NCBI GenBank assembly: GCA_964247055.1
Contig: OZ176052.1
Span: 372,001-436,000 of the forward strand
Direction of reading: 5' to 3'
Source of the DNA: Paragordius varius
Taxonomy: Eukaryota; Animalia; Nematomorpha
DNA length: 64,000 bases
Shown here: positions 1-12,255 of the stretch, one piece after another
Layout: each line of letters starts with the position of its first letter
Position numbering within the stretch: position 1 is the stretch's first letter
The notes under the pieces: generated by a model
The model's database searches: none
What the model saw: only the letters and a program-made list of their open reading frames with translations
Told to the model about the DNA's origin: nothing
Made by a program: the position numbers and the translations under genes

Positions 1-400
1 GAATATCAAAAGAGACGAAAAAAGAATAAACGCTTTTGAAATGTTTTGCTGGAGAAAAATACTTGGTATAACATGAAGGACAAAATAAAGAACATCGACA
101 TCGTAAATAAAATTAATGCACAAACAACGCTTCGGGGTAAAATAATAAAACAAAAATTCGGTTACTTTGGACACATTATTCGGGGACATTCTTTGGAAAA
201 GGATATTATGTTAGAAAAAGTTAATGGCAAGATAGGAAGAGGACGAATACGTATTCGCTGGATAGACGAAATCTTATCACTTTCCAAATTGTCACTGCAA
301 AAACTATCTCAAAAAGCTCACGACAGAACCGAGTGGAGGAAGTTTTCCTACAAAATCGCTAATGGTCGATAACTGACTACAAGCTCAACAACAATAATAA
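1..400 (+). mobile_element. RTE-clade LINE, 3' end (C-terminal ORF remnant and tail)
   Basis: ORF 46-372 has the RTE C-terminal pattern (KFGYFGHIIRGHSLEK..MLEKVNGKIGRGRIRIRWID..HDRTEWRK), followed by a caa/taa-type tail at ~385-400. Confidence 0.8.
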
Positions 401-1104
401 AATTATAATTTAAATATAACATTAACAACTATGCATTTTAATAATTTATGCTTAATATTTAAATTAAAAATATTTTAGCGTGCCATTTAATTGTTGCAGG
501 AAATGCGCCCCGAACTTTTAACCCGATTGCATCGGAATTCAATCCGAAAACCCAACTTTAATTCATTCTTAATTTTAATCAAATTCGCTATACAATTTTA
601 TATTTTATTGTCTATACAAATCGATCTATGCACTTTAACGAAAATACGAATTTATTTATCATTTTTTTGAAGAGCACATCGGAAATTTCTATTTTGCTAA
701 AGGATTTGCATCAATGTTGTAAATGGTATTTTATACATGCAACATTCTGGATTATTCTATTATATGATAAATAAAAAGTAAGAATTCCAAGAAAAACCTG
801 ATTGTGATATATTAAAACTTCGTTTAAATTGTAAAAACCCTCCTAAAAGTAAAAAACGAATTTAAAACGGCTAAATAGAATAATAACGGTGTGCCAAGCT
901 ATCATGATGCTTTTAAAAAATGTGCTAAACTGAAGCTTATCACAAATTAAATTTACCAACTATCTTTATTTCTGGAAAAACCTTTTTTGTATCTTTTTGG
1001 TTAGAATCCTTTAACATTAAAAAATAGTATTTATAGAACATGATGTATATGACTGGTTGCAGTTCAAATTCTGAAAGGGTTTGCAAATTTTCATATGATT
1101 TCTA

Positions 1105-1472
1105 CTTAAAAGCCATTTTTATTTTACAAAAAATTTGCAAAATATCATGTTTATTTGATTCTAACGTTAAAATTAAAGCTTATTATTATTGATAGAATTA
1201 GCAAGAATGGTTTATTATGTATTATTATTCAATTTATTCAATGCACGTTACATTGATTATATTTTTACCTTTGAGTTTTACATAAAAAAAATATTGAGTA
1301 TTTTTGAATAAAATTTATTATTTATTTCGCTTTATCAATGTTATATAGGTGCAAAATTTTGCCAGTTTCAATTCCTTCTGTATAATTTAAATTATTTAAT
1401 TTTAAACAGGCATGGGGTATCCAACTACCCCAATTTAAATCGAAAAACTGATGAATGTCTTGTATCCAAGTG
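1105..1472 (+). mobile_element. piggyBac-like MITE, partial copy
   Basis: Ends TACCCCAATTTAAATCGAA..GTATCCAAGTG like the complete copy at 43304-43862; mirror of part of 19135-19659. Confidence 0.65.
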
Positions 1473-2152
1473 ATAAATATTGATTACAAATTTGGACTTT
1501 ATTGAACGGATGCATATTTTTGTATTATTTGTCTCAAAATTCACTTATTCAATAAACCCTATTTTTATAAGTGTATGGCTAAACGTGAGGGGATAATTAT
1601 CAAAAAGGGCTTAGTAAATACACAAAGTGCTTTATTAAACCTGGCCTACACGTTTTTCGGAAACGTCGTTCAAACTTAAAATTGCACTTCTATTTTTTGA
1701 AAAAACCCGATTTTTACACGAGGTGGAACTAAACAGAAGGCCTAATATAAAGTCGGCGTATTGATTGATTGAATAATTTTCACTTTTGCAATCGGAATGG
1801 GCATACGTTTTCTCCAAGCTTTAAGCTAACACCTCTTATTTTTATTAATATATAGATTACTTTGGAAAACTTTTAACTTACTATTTATTTTATATTTTTT
1901 GAGTTTTATACGAGGTATTTGTTATTATCTAATTTCATAGCACAAATTTTCGATAAAGTTAAAAAATGTCCAAATGATAAGTTTTTATATTTTCAGGAAA
2001 TGAGGGTTTGATAATAAATTTTAACCAAAAAACATTCAATATTTTGTCTATTTAAAGCATTGAGCTGTAAACTCGTAAAAAAATCAGATAATACACAAAT
2101 TTATTGATGATTGATTGCACTCAATATATATATTTTGTTTAATTTTAAAAAG

Positions 2153-2332
2153 GACGGCTCTTTCTGATAACGAATCATGCAACATTGTAGAGGAACATAG
2201 TTGACCAAATCGGAGACAAAACACACTCATCAATTAAAAATATTGGAAAATGCATTCTCAGAATCCCATTATCCAGATATTTATGCTCGTGAAGATTTGG
2301 CCAAACTTATTCACTTAAACGATAAAATTCAG
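2153..2332 (+). pseudogene. PRD-class homeobox exon copy, disrupted
   Basis: Paralogue of 24295-24487 (..[28 protein letters not shown]|gt) with a TGA and deletions; no WFQNRR exon found downstream. Confidence 0.85.
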
Positions 2333-2409
2333 GTTAATTTATTTTTAAAATAAAATTAATTATACCACAAAAACAACATAATGTAATAAATTTTAAAAAA
2401 ATTTAACAT

Positions 2410-3342
2410 TACACGACTTAAACTTGATTTGGAGGTGATAAAAAATCATATGATCAAATAAAACTTAAAGATTTTGCAAGTGTGGTGTAGGGCACACTTG
2501 ACAGATTTAAAAATATGGATAAAATTATTTTGGAAACTATTTATGTATAAAATGTAGGTTTTATATGTTATTAAAACCTTTGTTAATGATAAAAATTTTT
2601 AATCTAATAAATTTTGGCTAATGGACTTATTCAAATTGAGTGGAAAAAGGGGATATAATTTATAATATCTCTGCTAATATTTAATAATAATGCATATAAA
2701 AATAGGCTAAATTTATCGATTCCGTGAGCCCGCAAAAAAATTCTCGAAAATTTCTCAAAAAAAATAATTAAATATTAATCTTGTATAATTTCGAATCTTC
2801 GTTAAATAAACGCTAAAGGTTACTTCACTATTTATTAACTAAAGTAAAGAATTTATATTATAAATTTATTTCAAATGTAATGTTGATAATCGATAATAAT
2901 ATGTTATATTGTATAAACACTCCCCATTATATTTGCAAATGGACTCCTAACAAATGAGTAGTGTGGTAAAATAATAAACAGTATTTTAAGAGCGAATGGT
3001 TTCATCAACTTAATAATTATTAACGGGCTTAGTATGTAGAAAAATCTATGATATTAAATAAGATACGTATTAAAGAGTTTGAGAAACTTCAATAAATGCA
3101 TATTGTATTAATTGTTTATCTTTTGGTGCCTTATTTTATAGAGTTTGGCTGAAAATCATCAAAATAATTTTCGCAAAATTTGAATGGGTGGCAAAAAAAT
3201 GTTACATTCATAAACAAAAGACTTGACTTAAGTGTATTTTTTTTCACTGATCTTCAAGTATACACTTGCTGGCTTAAATAAACATGCTCAACTTGGCACA
3301 CTTGACTTACAAGTCAAGTGCGACTATTTTATCACCCCACCC
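2410..3342. mobile_element. Unclassified TIR-type repeat (GGGTGGGGTGATAAAA end family)
   Basis: Ends TTTTATCACCCCACCC; internal GATTTTGCAAGTGTGGTGTAGGGCACAC shared with 14500-15447, 17243-18180 and 61217-62535. Confidence 0.65.
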
Positions 3343-4789
3343 ATAATATTTTATGAAAAATTTAGCTATATTTTATGAATGAAGATTTAGCTTTAACCAA
3401 AAAAAATTTAATATATTCGCAAATTTTTCTATTTTCTGATATAGAACTCTTGCCACAAAAGTGTAACTACACGTGTAAGCCTATCATTCCTGCATTTTAC
3501 TATCGTAATATAAATATTTCATCATTTTATCCTTATAATACTAGACAATGTTTGATAATTATAATAAAATAGGTTTAAAACCAGTATTATAGTTAAAAAA
3601 TTGAGCTCTAAGACATGTAACTTCCCAAATATGTCATCGCGGACAAAAAAGTTAAACAGGTCATAAAGTGCTAATTCAAGCAAAATTTCATAAGGCTTGA
3701 ATGCACTGGCAAAATTAGACATAAATATAAATCTATAATTTTCAAAATAAAATATTATGTTATACTTTAAATGCTGTTCGTAATCATCATGGTTTTATTT
3801 TAATTTATTTTACAAATACATATTTTTTAAAAACTACATATTTTCGACATGCTTCCACCATTTTTTTATTATCGCGCATTTCTTCTAGTGTTTAACACTT
3901 GGATACAACACATTCATTTTAGTCCTTCGATTTAAATCGGGGTAGTTAAATACCCCAGGACTGTTTAAAATTATCTTTAAAAATTATGGAAGGAATCGAA
4001 ACCACGGCGTTTTGCACTTATAATAAATCGAAATATATAAAAAAATTATACAAAAATACTTGATATTACATATTTTAAGGGAAAAACGAAATAAAAAAAT
4101 TTAGTCAGCGTGACATGTCTGCAATGGTAAAATTGAAAAATAATATAAAATAAACCGCTTTTTTAAATTCTAATGTTAGATGTAATTTAAATAATAAATT
4201 AGCTTTAATTTCTTAAAATTACAGTATGCATTTTAATGTATGCTCAGTAATTTTATTGCCAGTCGAATAACATAAATGGTTTATCCAATGCGTAAAATAC
4301 TGACCCACGAAATTATTTCGTAGTACACATATGTAAAAGGATTGACGTGAGAATTAACAGAGGCTTTAATTTGATGGATATTTTGTAATGTTAAATTTTG
4401 AGAATATAATAGCAATTTATGTTAATATTTGAAATATTGTTGTTACGTATTTAGATGCGGAATTTTGTGGGTTTTTATCTTTGATAAATTAATAAATAGT
4501 AAAATACGTATTTTAAGATTTTTAATGTTAATTATTCCTAAATTTAATAATAAATATTTTTCAAGATGCTAAATAGGTGTATTAATGAATATTGGTATTA
4601 TAATTTTATATAGTTGTTACTACTAATTAAAAAAACACAGGTAAATATATATTTGTGAAAATTTAAGTAGATTTTAAATTTTTGTCTTTTATGTTTTGCA
4701 ATGTTAATTATTAATAATTTTTAAGTATTTCAGCCATTTTAATCAGGTAAAAATTTGGTTATTAAATTTAGCAAATTTAATTTTTTTTG

Positions 4790-5900
4790 TTTTTTTAGTA
4801 ACATTTAATTGTAATTACTGCATATTTTGGACCTTATAATAAATACAGGTAAAAATTGCGGTTTTTAACAAATTTAGTAAAAATTTGGTTTTTTTTTGTT
4901 TTTTAGGTTTTGCATTGTTAATTGTAATTAATTACTACATATTTTGGACCTTATAATAAATACAGGTAAAAATTGCGGTTTTTAACAAATTTAGTAAAAA
5001 TTTAGTATTTTTTGTTTTTTTAGGTTCTTTGTTAGTTGTAATTAATTACTATATATTTTGGACATTATAATATATACAGGTAAATTGGGTTTTTAATAAA
5101 TTTAGTTTTTTTGTTTATTTAGGTTTTGCATTGTTAATTGTAATTAATTACTACATATTTTGGACATTATAATAAATACAGGTAAATATTGAGGTTTTTA
5201 ACACATTTAGTAAAAATTTAGTTTTTTTTGTTATTTAGGTTTTCATGTTAATTGTAATTATTACTACATATTTCGGACATTATTATATAAACAGGTAAAA
5301 ATTGCGGTTTTAAACAATTTTAGTAAAAATTCAGTTTTTTTTGTTTTTTAGGTTTTGCATTTTTTGTAATTAATTACTACATATTTTGGACATTATAATA
5401 AATACAGGTAAAAATTGCGGTTTTTAACACATTTAGTAAAAATTTAGTTTTTTTTGTTTATTTAGGTTTTGCATTGTTAATTGTAATTATTACTACATAT
5501 TTCGGACATTATTATATAAACAGGTAAAAATTGCGGTTTTAAACAATTTGAGTAAAAATTCAGTTTTTTTTTGTTTTTTAGGTTTTGCATTTTTTGTAAT
5601 TAATTACTACATATTTTGGACATTATAATAAATACAGGTAAAAATTGCGGTTTTAAACAAATTTAGTAAAAATTTAGTTTTTTTTGTTTTTTAGGTTTTG
5701 CATTTTTAATTGTAATTAATTACTACATATTTTGGACATTATAATAAATATAGGTAAAAATTGCGGTTTTAAACAAATTTAGTAAAAATTTAACATTTTG
5801 TGTTTTGCATCATTGTTATTTGTTATAAATTAATAAATATTTTGGAAATTTTAATAAATACAGGTGAAAAGGGCGGTTTTTAATAATGAGTAAAATTTCT
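4790..5900 (+). repeat. ~120 bp tandem array in left arm of foldback element
   Basis: Repeated unit CAGGTAAAAATTGCGGTTTTAAACAAATTTAGTAAAAATT..GGTTTTGCATT..ACTACATATTTTGGACATTATAATAAATA, about 9-10 copies. Confidence 0.92.
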
Positions 5901-7559
5901 AATTTTTTGATTAACGTTGCTAATTTATTAAATATATTTTTGATACATTGATATATACAGGTAAAAATTACTATGATTTTCGGTTTTTTAAATTTTTAAG
6001 AAAATGATTTTTTTTGTTTTACATTGATAACCAATATATTAAATATAGTTAACATATCTGAGCATACAGGTAAAAATGGATGTTACGGTTTTAGGTTTGA
6101 CATTTTATTTTCAAATCCAACTATGTATATTTTAACAAACACCTTATGTCACCAAAGACTGAAAATAAGATCAAGATATATAAAACATCTTTTAAAGGAT
6201 CTGAATATCGCCAAATATAAATAAATTTATTTAAATTATAAATGTGTAATTATACAAAATATTCATAATATTATGTTTGAAATTAGTTTCTTCTTATAGA
6301 TATTAATACAGGTAATTTGTTTCTAATATTGATAAACGATGCGGTGTGCGTTCATGATAATCATAGCCAAAAATTAAATGTAGATAATCCTGAAAATTTC
6401 AATCACCATCATTTTCTGGGTATATCAACTAAAATATAAGATAGAAAGGTATTTTTAATATATTAAAAAATTGATACCTGGATTCTAGACGTATTTTCAC
6501 CATAATTTTAAATATTGAGGGCTAAAACATTCAAAGTTTGAAAGGGAACAAAATAAGGTTGACTCGGCTTTTTAACAACTAAATTTGCAAAAAAATATTT
6601 TCTTCATGATAAAAAATCTAAAATAATATTTTTGTTTTTTTGTTCTATCATCCTAAACTATAATGAAAAACTATTCTTCACCAAAGCAAACAATGTTAGT
6701 GTTGCCTGCTTAGTTTTGGAAGTGCTGTTGCATTCAAAGCTTTTTAAAAAAATATTTTTTTCTATTTTCTATTTGACGTCATTGTTTCATATTTATAGTT
6801 TGGGATGGTAGAACGAAATATCATTTTTGAATTTTTTATCATGAAGAAAATATTTTTTTGCAAATTTAGTTGTTAAAAAGCCAAGTCAACCTTATTTTGT
6901 TCCCTTTCAAACTTTGAATGTTTTAGCCCTCAATATTTAAAATTTTGGTGAAAATACTTCTAGAATCCAGGTATCAATTTTTTAATATATTAAAAATACC
7001 TTTCTATCTTATATTTTAGTTGATATACCCAGAAAATGATGGTGATTGAAATTTTCAGTTATCTACATTTAATTTTTGGCTATGATTATCATGAACGCAC
7101 ACCGCATGGTTTATCAATATTAGAAACAAATTACCTGTATTAATATCTATAAAAAGAAACTAATTTCAAACATAATATTATGAATATTTTGTATAATTAC
7201 ACATTTATAATTTAAATAAATTTATTTATATTTGGCGATATTCAGATCCTTTAAAAGATGTTTTATATATCTTGATCTTATTTTCAATCTTTGGTGACAT
7301 AAGGTGTTTGTTAAAATATACATAGTTGGATTTGAAAATAAAATGTCAAACCTAAAACCGTAACATCCATTTTTACCTGTATGCTCAGATATGTTAACTA
7401 TATTTAATATATTTATCAATGTAAAACAAAAAAAATCATTTTCTTAAAAATTTAAAAAACCGCAAATAAGAGTAATTTTTACCTGTATATATCAATGTAT
7501 CAAAAATATATTTAATAAAATTAGCAACGTTAATCAAAAAATTAGAAATTTTACTCATT

Positions 7560-8940
7560 ATTAAAAACCGCCCTTTTCACCTGTATTTATTAAAATTTCC
7601 AAAATATTTATTAATTTATAACAAATAACAATGATGCAAAACACAAAATGTTAAATTTTTACTAAATTTGTTTAAAACCGCAATTTTTACCTATATTTAT
7701 TATAATGTCCAAAATATGTAGTAATTAATTACAATTAAAAATGCAAAACCTAAAAAACAAAAAAAACTAAATTTTTACTAAATTTGTTTAAAACCGCAAT
7801 TTTTACCTGTATTTATTATAATGTCCAAAATATGTAGTAATTAATTACAAAAAATGGAAAACCTAAAAAACAAAAAAAACTGAATTTTTACTAAATTTGT
7901 TTAAAACCGCAATTTTTACCTATATTTATTATAATGTCCAAAATATGTAGTAATTAATTACAATTAAAAATGCAAAACCTAAAAAACAAAAAAAACTAAA
8001 TTTTTACTAAATTTGTTTAAAACCGCAATTTTTACCTGTATTTATTATAATGTCCAAAATATGTAGTAATTAATTACAAAAAATGCAAAACCTAAAAAAC
8101 AAAAAAAACTAAATTTTTACTAAAATTGTTTAAAACCGCAATTTTTACCTGTTTATATAATAATGTCCGAAATATGTAGTAATAATTACAATTAACAATG
8201 CAAAACCTAAATAAACAAAAAAAAACTAAATTTTTACTAAATGTGTTAAAAACCGCCATTTTCACCGTATTTATTAAAATTTCCAAAATATCTATTAATT
8301 AATAACAAATAACAATGATACAAAACACAAATATGTTAAATTTATACTAAATTTATTAAAAACCGCAATTTTCACCTGATTTATTAAAATTTCCAAAATA
8401 TTTATTAATTAATAACAAATAATAATGATACAAAACAAATGTTAAATTTTTAATAAATTTATTAAAAACCACAATTTTTACCTGTATTTATTATAATGTC
8501 CAAAATATGTAGTAATTAATTACAATTAACAATGCAAAACCTAAAAAACAAAAAAAAACTGAATTTTTACTAAAATTGTTTAAAACTGCAATTTTTACCT
8601 GTATTTATTATAATGTCCAAAATAGGTAATAATTAATTACAATTAACAATGCAAAACCTAAAAAACAAAAAAAACTGAATTTTTACTAAAATTGTTTAAA
8701 ACCGCAATTTTTACCTGTATTTATTATAATGTCCAAAATATGTAGTAATTAATTACAATTAACAATGCAAAACCTAAAAAACAAAAAAAAAACAAATTTT
8801 TACTAAATTTGTTAAAAACCGTAATTTTTACCTGTATTTATTAAAATGTCCAAAATATGTAGTAAATTACAATTAACAATGTTACATAAAAAACAAAAAA
8901 AAATTAAATTTCACTAAATTTAAAAACTGAATTTTTACCT
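7560..8940 (-). repeat. ~120 bp tandem array in right arm of foldback element
   Basis: Reverse complement of the 4790-5900 unit, about 11-12 copies. Confidence 0.92.
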
Positions 8941-9929
8941 GAAAATGTCAGAAATACTAAAAATTCTTAATAATAAACAATACAAAACATATAAGACAAA
9001 AATCTAAAATCTACTTAAATTTTCCAAATATATATTTACCTGTGTTTTTTAATTAGTAATAACAACTATAAAAAATTATAATACCAATATTATTAATACA
9101 TGTATTTAGCGCGTTGAAAAATATTTATTATTAAATTTAGGAATAATTAACAACGAATCTTAAAATACGTATTTTACCATTTATTAATTTATCAAAGATA
9201 AAAACCCACAAAATTCCGCATCTAAATACGTAACAACAATATTACAAATGTTAACATAAATTGCTATATATTCTCAAAATTTAACATTAAATATCCATCA
9301 AATTAAAGCCTATGTTAATTCTCACGTCAATCCTTTTTCATATGTGTACTACGAAATAATTTCGTGGGTCAGTATTTTACGCATTGGATAAACCATTTAT
9401 GTTATTCGACTGGCAATAAAATTACTGAGCATACATTAAAATGCATACTGTAAATGGACGATATTTTGCAAATATTTTGTATAATAAAAATGGTGTAAGT
9501 TGACATGGAACTTTTTTCTCCAAAACAATATTTTATTTGGATATTTTGGCATATTTATATAATTTTTATTAGGATAGGAGCATAAATTTAAATTGGAACC
9601 GTTTCGTTTAGTAGTTTTTTTAAAATCCTAACTCAAATTTGATCTGGGGTATTTAGATACCCCAATTTGAATCGAAGTGTTAAATCAATTATTATTATCC
9701 CTATTTTTTTGAATAAATGTTTTATTCACTAGATTTATTTTAATTTAATGGTTAAATAGGTTCATGAGGGCCTTCATTGTATTATTTCTATCTATTGATT
9801 TTTAGACGCCATAAAACATTAAAATTTAGTAATAATTTGTTTAATGACATCGTTTTCCATTTTTAAAAATACTACTTAATTAATATTCACTCAAGTATGT
9901 TTTCAATCACATTATCTCATATAAATTAC

Positions 9930-12220
9930 ATATGGAAATGTCAGAAAAGAATAAAAGTAAATAATGAAAAAAGAACGAATTTAAATGCTGTGTTTGTTTA
10001 ATACTAGAGCAATAACTTATTTATATTTGTTATTTGCTCGCGGATCGTGGATGGTTCTTGTGCTCGGCATAAATTATTCATGATTAAGTCATTTTTTGGA
10101 TGCCAAACACCAAGAGTTCCAACCACCTGCGGTAGTATTTCTATACTTTTGTATCGCGTTTGCATTATTGGTATGTATTTGTCAATTTTATTTTGAAAGG
10201 CATCGTTCAAGGATTGGGATTTGTTTTCGAATTGGCAGATCACATCGATTATATAGCAGTTATTTTTATTGGTTATATCAGGTCGGGTTTCAAGGGCAAT
10301 TGGGTTGGGAAGGAATTTTCTTGTAATATTCTTGTGCCCTCGTTAATATGAGTTTTCAGAATTTGCAGACATGCATTGTGGCGTTTAATCCAGTGCGGAG
10401 AGTATTGGAGGCAATGATTTAACATATGGGGGGGGGGGTGTTTATATGCCCTCCCACATCTCCTGCACAATGGATTTTTAGCCGACCCTGGACGGCTATT
10501 CACAGGCAGATGATTGAGGCGAACTTTGTGAATAAACCGCCAGGTTTTGAACGATGTATATGTTCCTGTCAGGGTAAAGTGAGATGAGGTAGGATGATGT
10601 TGGATGGCCTCAATCACTTTACCCTGATTAGGACAATCAGTTTAGGATTGTAAGCTATGTTTAACTTTTCTTTTGGATAGGGTTGCCATAATAATTTTTC
10701 GTGCGTTCGGGTCGATGTTTACCAAGTGCCCTTTTATAATTCCCATGTCAGGTCAAGTCTTTTAGAGGCTTACCTGGCTTTTGTATATAGGGATGAGCAT
10801 CCTCTAGTTTTGATTTGTATTTTATTATTTAAGTATTGGTTTAATTGAATATCGTTAGTGGTGGTTGACTTTGTATGTCTAAATACGGTATGTTTTAAAT
10901 CATTAATGGCTTGATCTGCTAAATATTGATCATGAGACGTTAATAATTTGTAAGTTGAAATAATTATCAAGTTGTCATGTAGGTTTGCTAGCTGTGGCAG
11001 ATCAAGTCCGCCTGCTTTGGTGGGGGCATAGAAATAGTTAGTTTTAGCTGTGGGGGGTAATGCTGTTATTTTTTGATCAGGGATCGAATTTTATTATCAG
11101 ATTTGGTTAGCTCGGTTTTTTTATTGCTTCCATTCTGAGGGAGTGGATAATGGTTGGAAATATGAATGTTTTAAGGAAGTCTAATTTCTGCCACGGTGCC
11201 AGATTCGATTGTGTTACATTGTCTACCAGGTTAGCCAGTTCTTGGGTATTAAGGTGAAATTGGTTTGCCAAGGTAGATGGATTTTCCTTCTGGGATTTGT
11301 TCGAGGATTTGATTATGTATGGTTATATTAGGATTTGGCGAGTTAATACATAGAAGAGCAGATTTGTTCGCATTGATTGTTATGTTATGGGATTGAAGCT
11401 ATTTCTCTGCAGTGTGGATAGTTTTCTGGAGAGCTTCTACTTGGTGTGCGATGATTACCAAATCATCGGCATACGCTAGGGATGTGGAGGATATGTTAGG
11501 CAACTCCAAGAGTGGGTTGATGGCCAGGTTAAATAAGGTTCCGGAGACAGGGAAGCCCTGTTTAATGCCCTTTTGAAATGGAATAGGATATGTCAGTCCG
11601 CCTTGTGTATGGATTTGGGTTTTAGAATTAGTTATATTTTGAATTATTATATTTTTTAGTAATGTGTTTATTGGAAGTTGATTAATTGTATTGATAAGTA
11701 TGTTGTGCGGAATCGAATACGCTTTGATAATATCAAGAAATGCTATTAATAGTCTATGTTTATCTTGTTTCGCACTCTTTATTTTTTGTTCAATCACATA
11801 GTTGTGCTCAAATACTCCATCAAAGGGCATAAAGCCTTTTTGATTAGGGTGAATTAGAGATTTGTCAATTATGGATTTCAATAGGGTTTGGTTGACATAT
11901 TTAAAAAAGATTCTATATAGTGTGTTGGAAATAGTTATTGGTCTAAAATTTTTTATTTCATTAATGTTACCGGATTTGTGTATTAGGATTGTTTTGGAAG
12001 AGAGCCAGTCATCAGGTAATGTCCCTAGCTGAATTATTTTATCAAATATTGTTTTTATGATTGGTGAATATGTCTCTATTTTTAGCCAGGTGGTAGGTGT
12101 AATACTTTTTGGGCCTGGTGAGGTTGATTTAGACCTTAGGAGCTGTTTGGTAACTTCATTATAAGATAATGGAAATGGGGAAAATGGTACAGGTTGTGGT
12201 TGATGTAGATTGGGGGATCA
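9930..12220 (-). mobile_element. Utopia-like RLE non-LTR retrotransposon, 5'-truncated, frameshifted
   Basis: RT motifs (QKGFMPFDGVFEHNY, GIKQGFPVSG, LAYADDL), CCHC knuckle (CRRCGR..HMLNHC), RHN and PDLI motifs; mirror of 12256-14480. Confidence 0.9.
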
Positions 12221-12255
12221 ATAAAAAAACCGAGCTAACTAAATCAGATAATAAA

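Larger units (their letters stand above)
4222..9450. mobile_element. Non-autonomous foldback element, Tc1/mariner-type ends, ~2.45-2.65 kb inverted arms
   Basis: TA|CAGTATGCATTTTAATGTATGCTCAG...CTGAGCATACATTAAAATGCATACTG|TA; arms 4222-~6667 and ~6786-9450; ~118 bp non-coding spacer; insertion absent from the mirror arm near 16370. Confidence 0.9.
3896..9679 (-). mobile_element. piggyBac-like MITE (~0.55 kb) split by the foldback element at 4222-9450
   Basis: TTAA|CACTTGGAT at 3896 and ATCGAAGTG|TTAA at 9679; parts 3896-4221 and 9451-9679 join to match the family; mirror copy 16174-16680. Confidence 0.8.

Noticed and set aside
1650-1770. Possible second homeobox upstream of the pseudo-exons (RKRR..PDFYTR..GLI*SRRI; mirror ~18850-18960)
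   Set aside because: Spacing is ~8 residues short, there are stops and no WFxNRR; resemblance may be chance. An HMM search could revisit it.
6024-7419. Near-identical ORFs 6024-6224(+) and 7222-7419(-) as a conserved small gene
   Set aside because: Identity follows from the foldback arms; no ATG for one, no recognisable domain.
4790-8940. 120-bp repeats as a CRISPR array
   Set aside because: Whole units repeat with no unique spacers; eukaryotic context; no cas genes.
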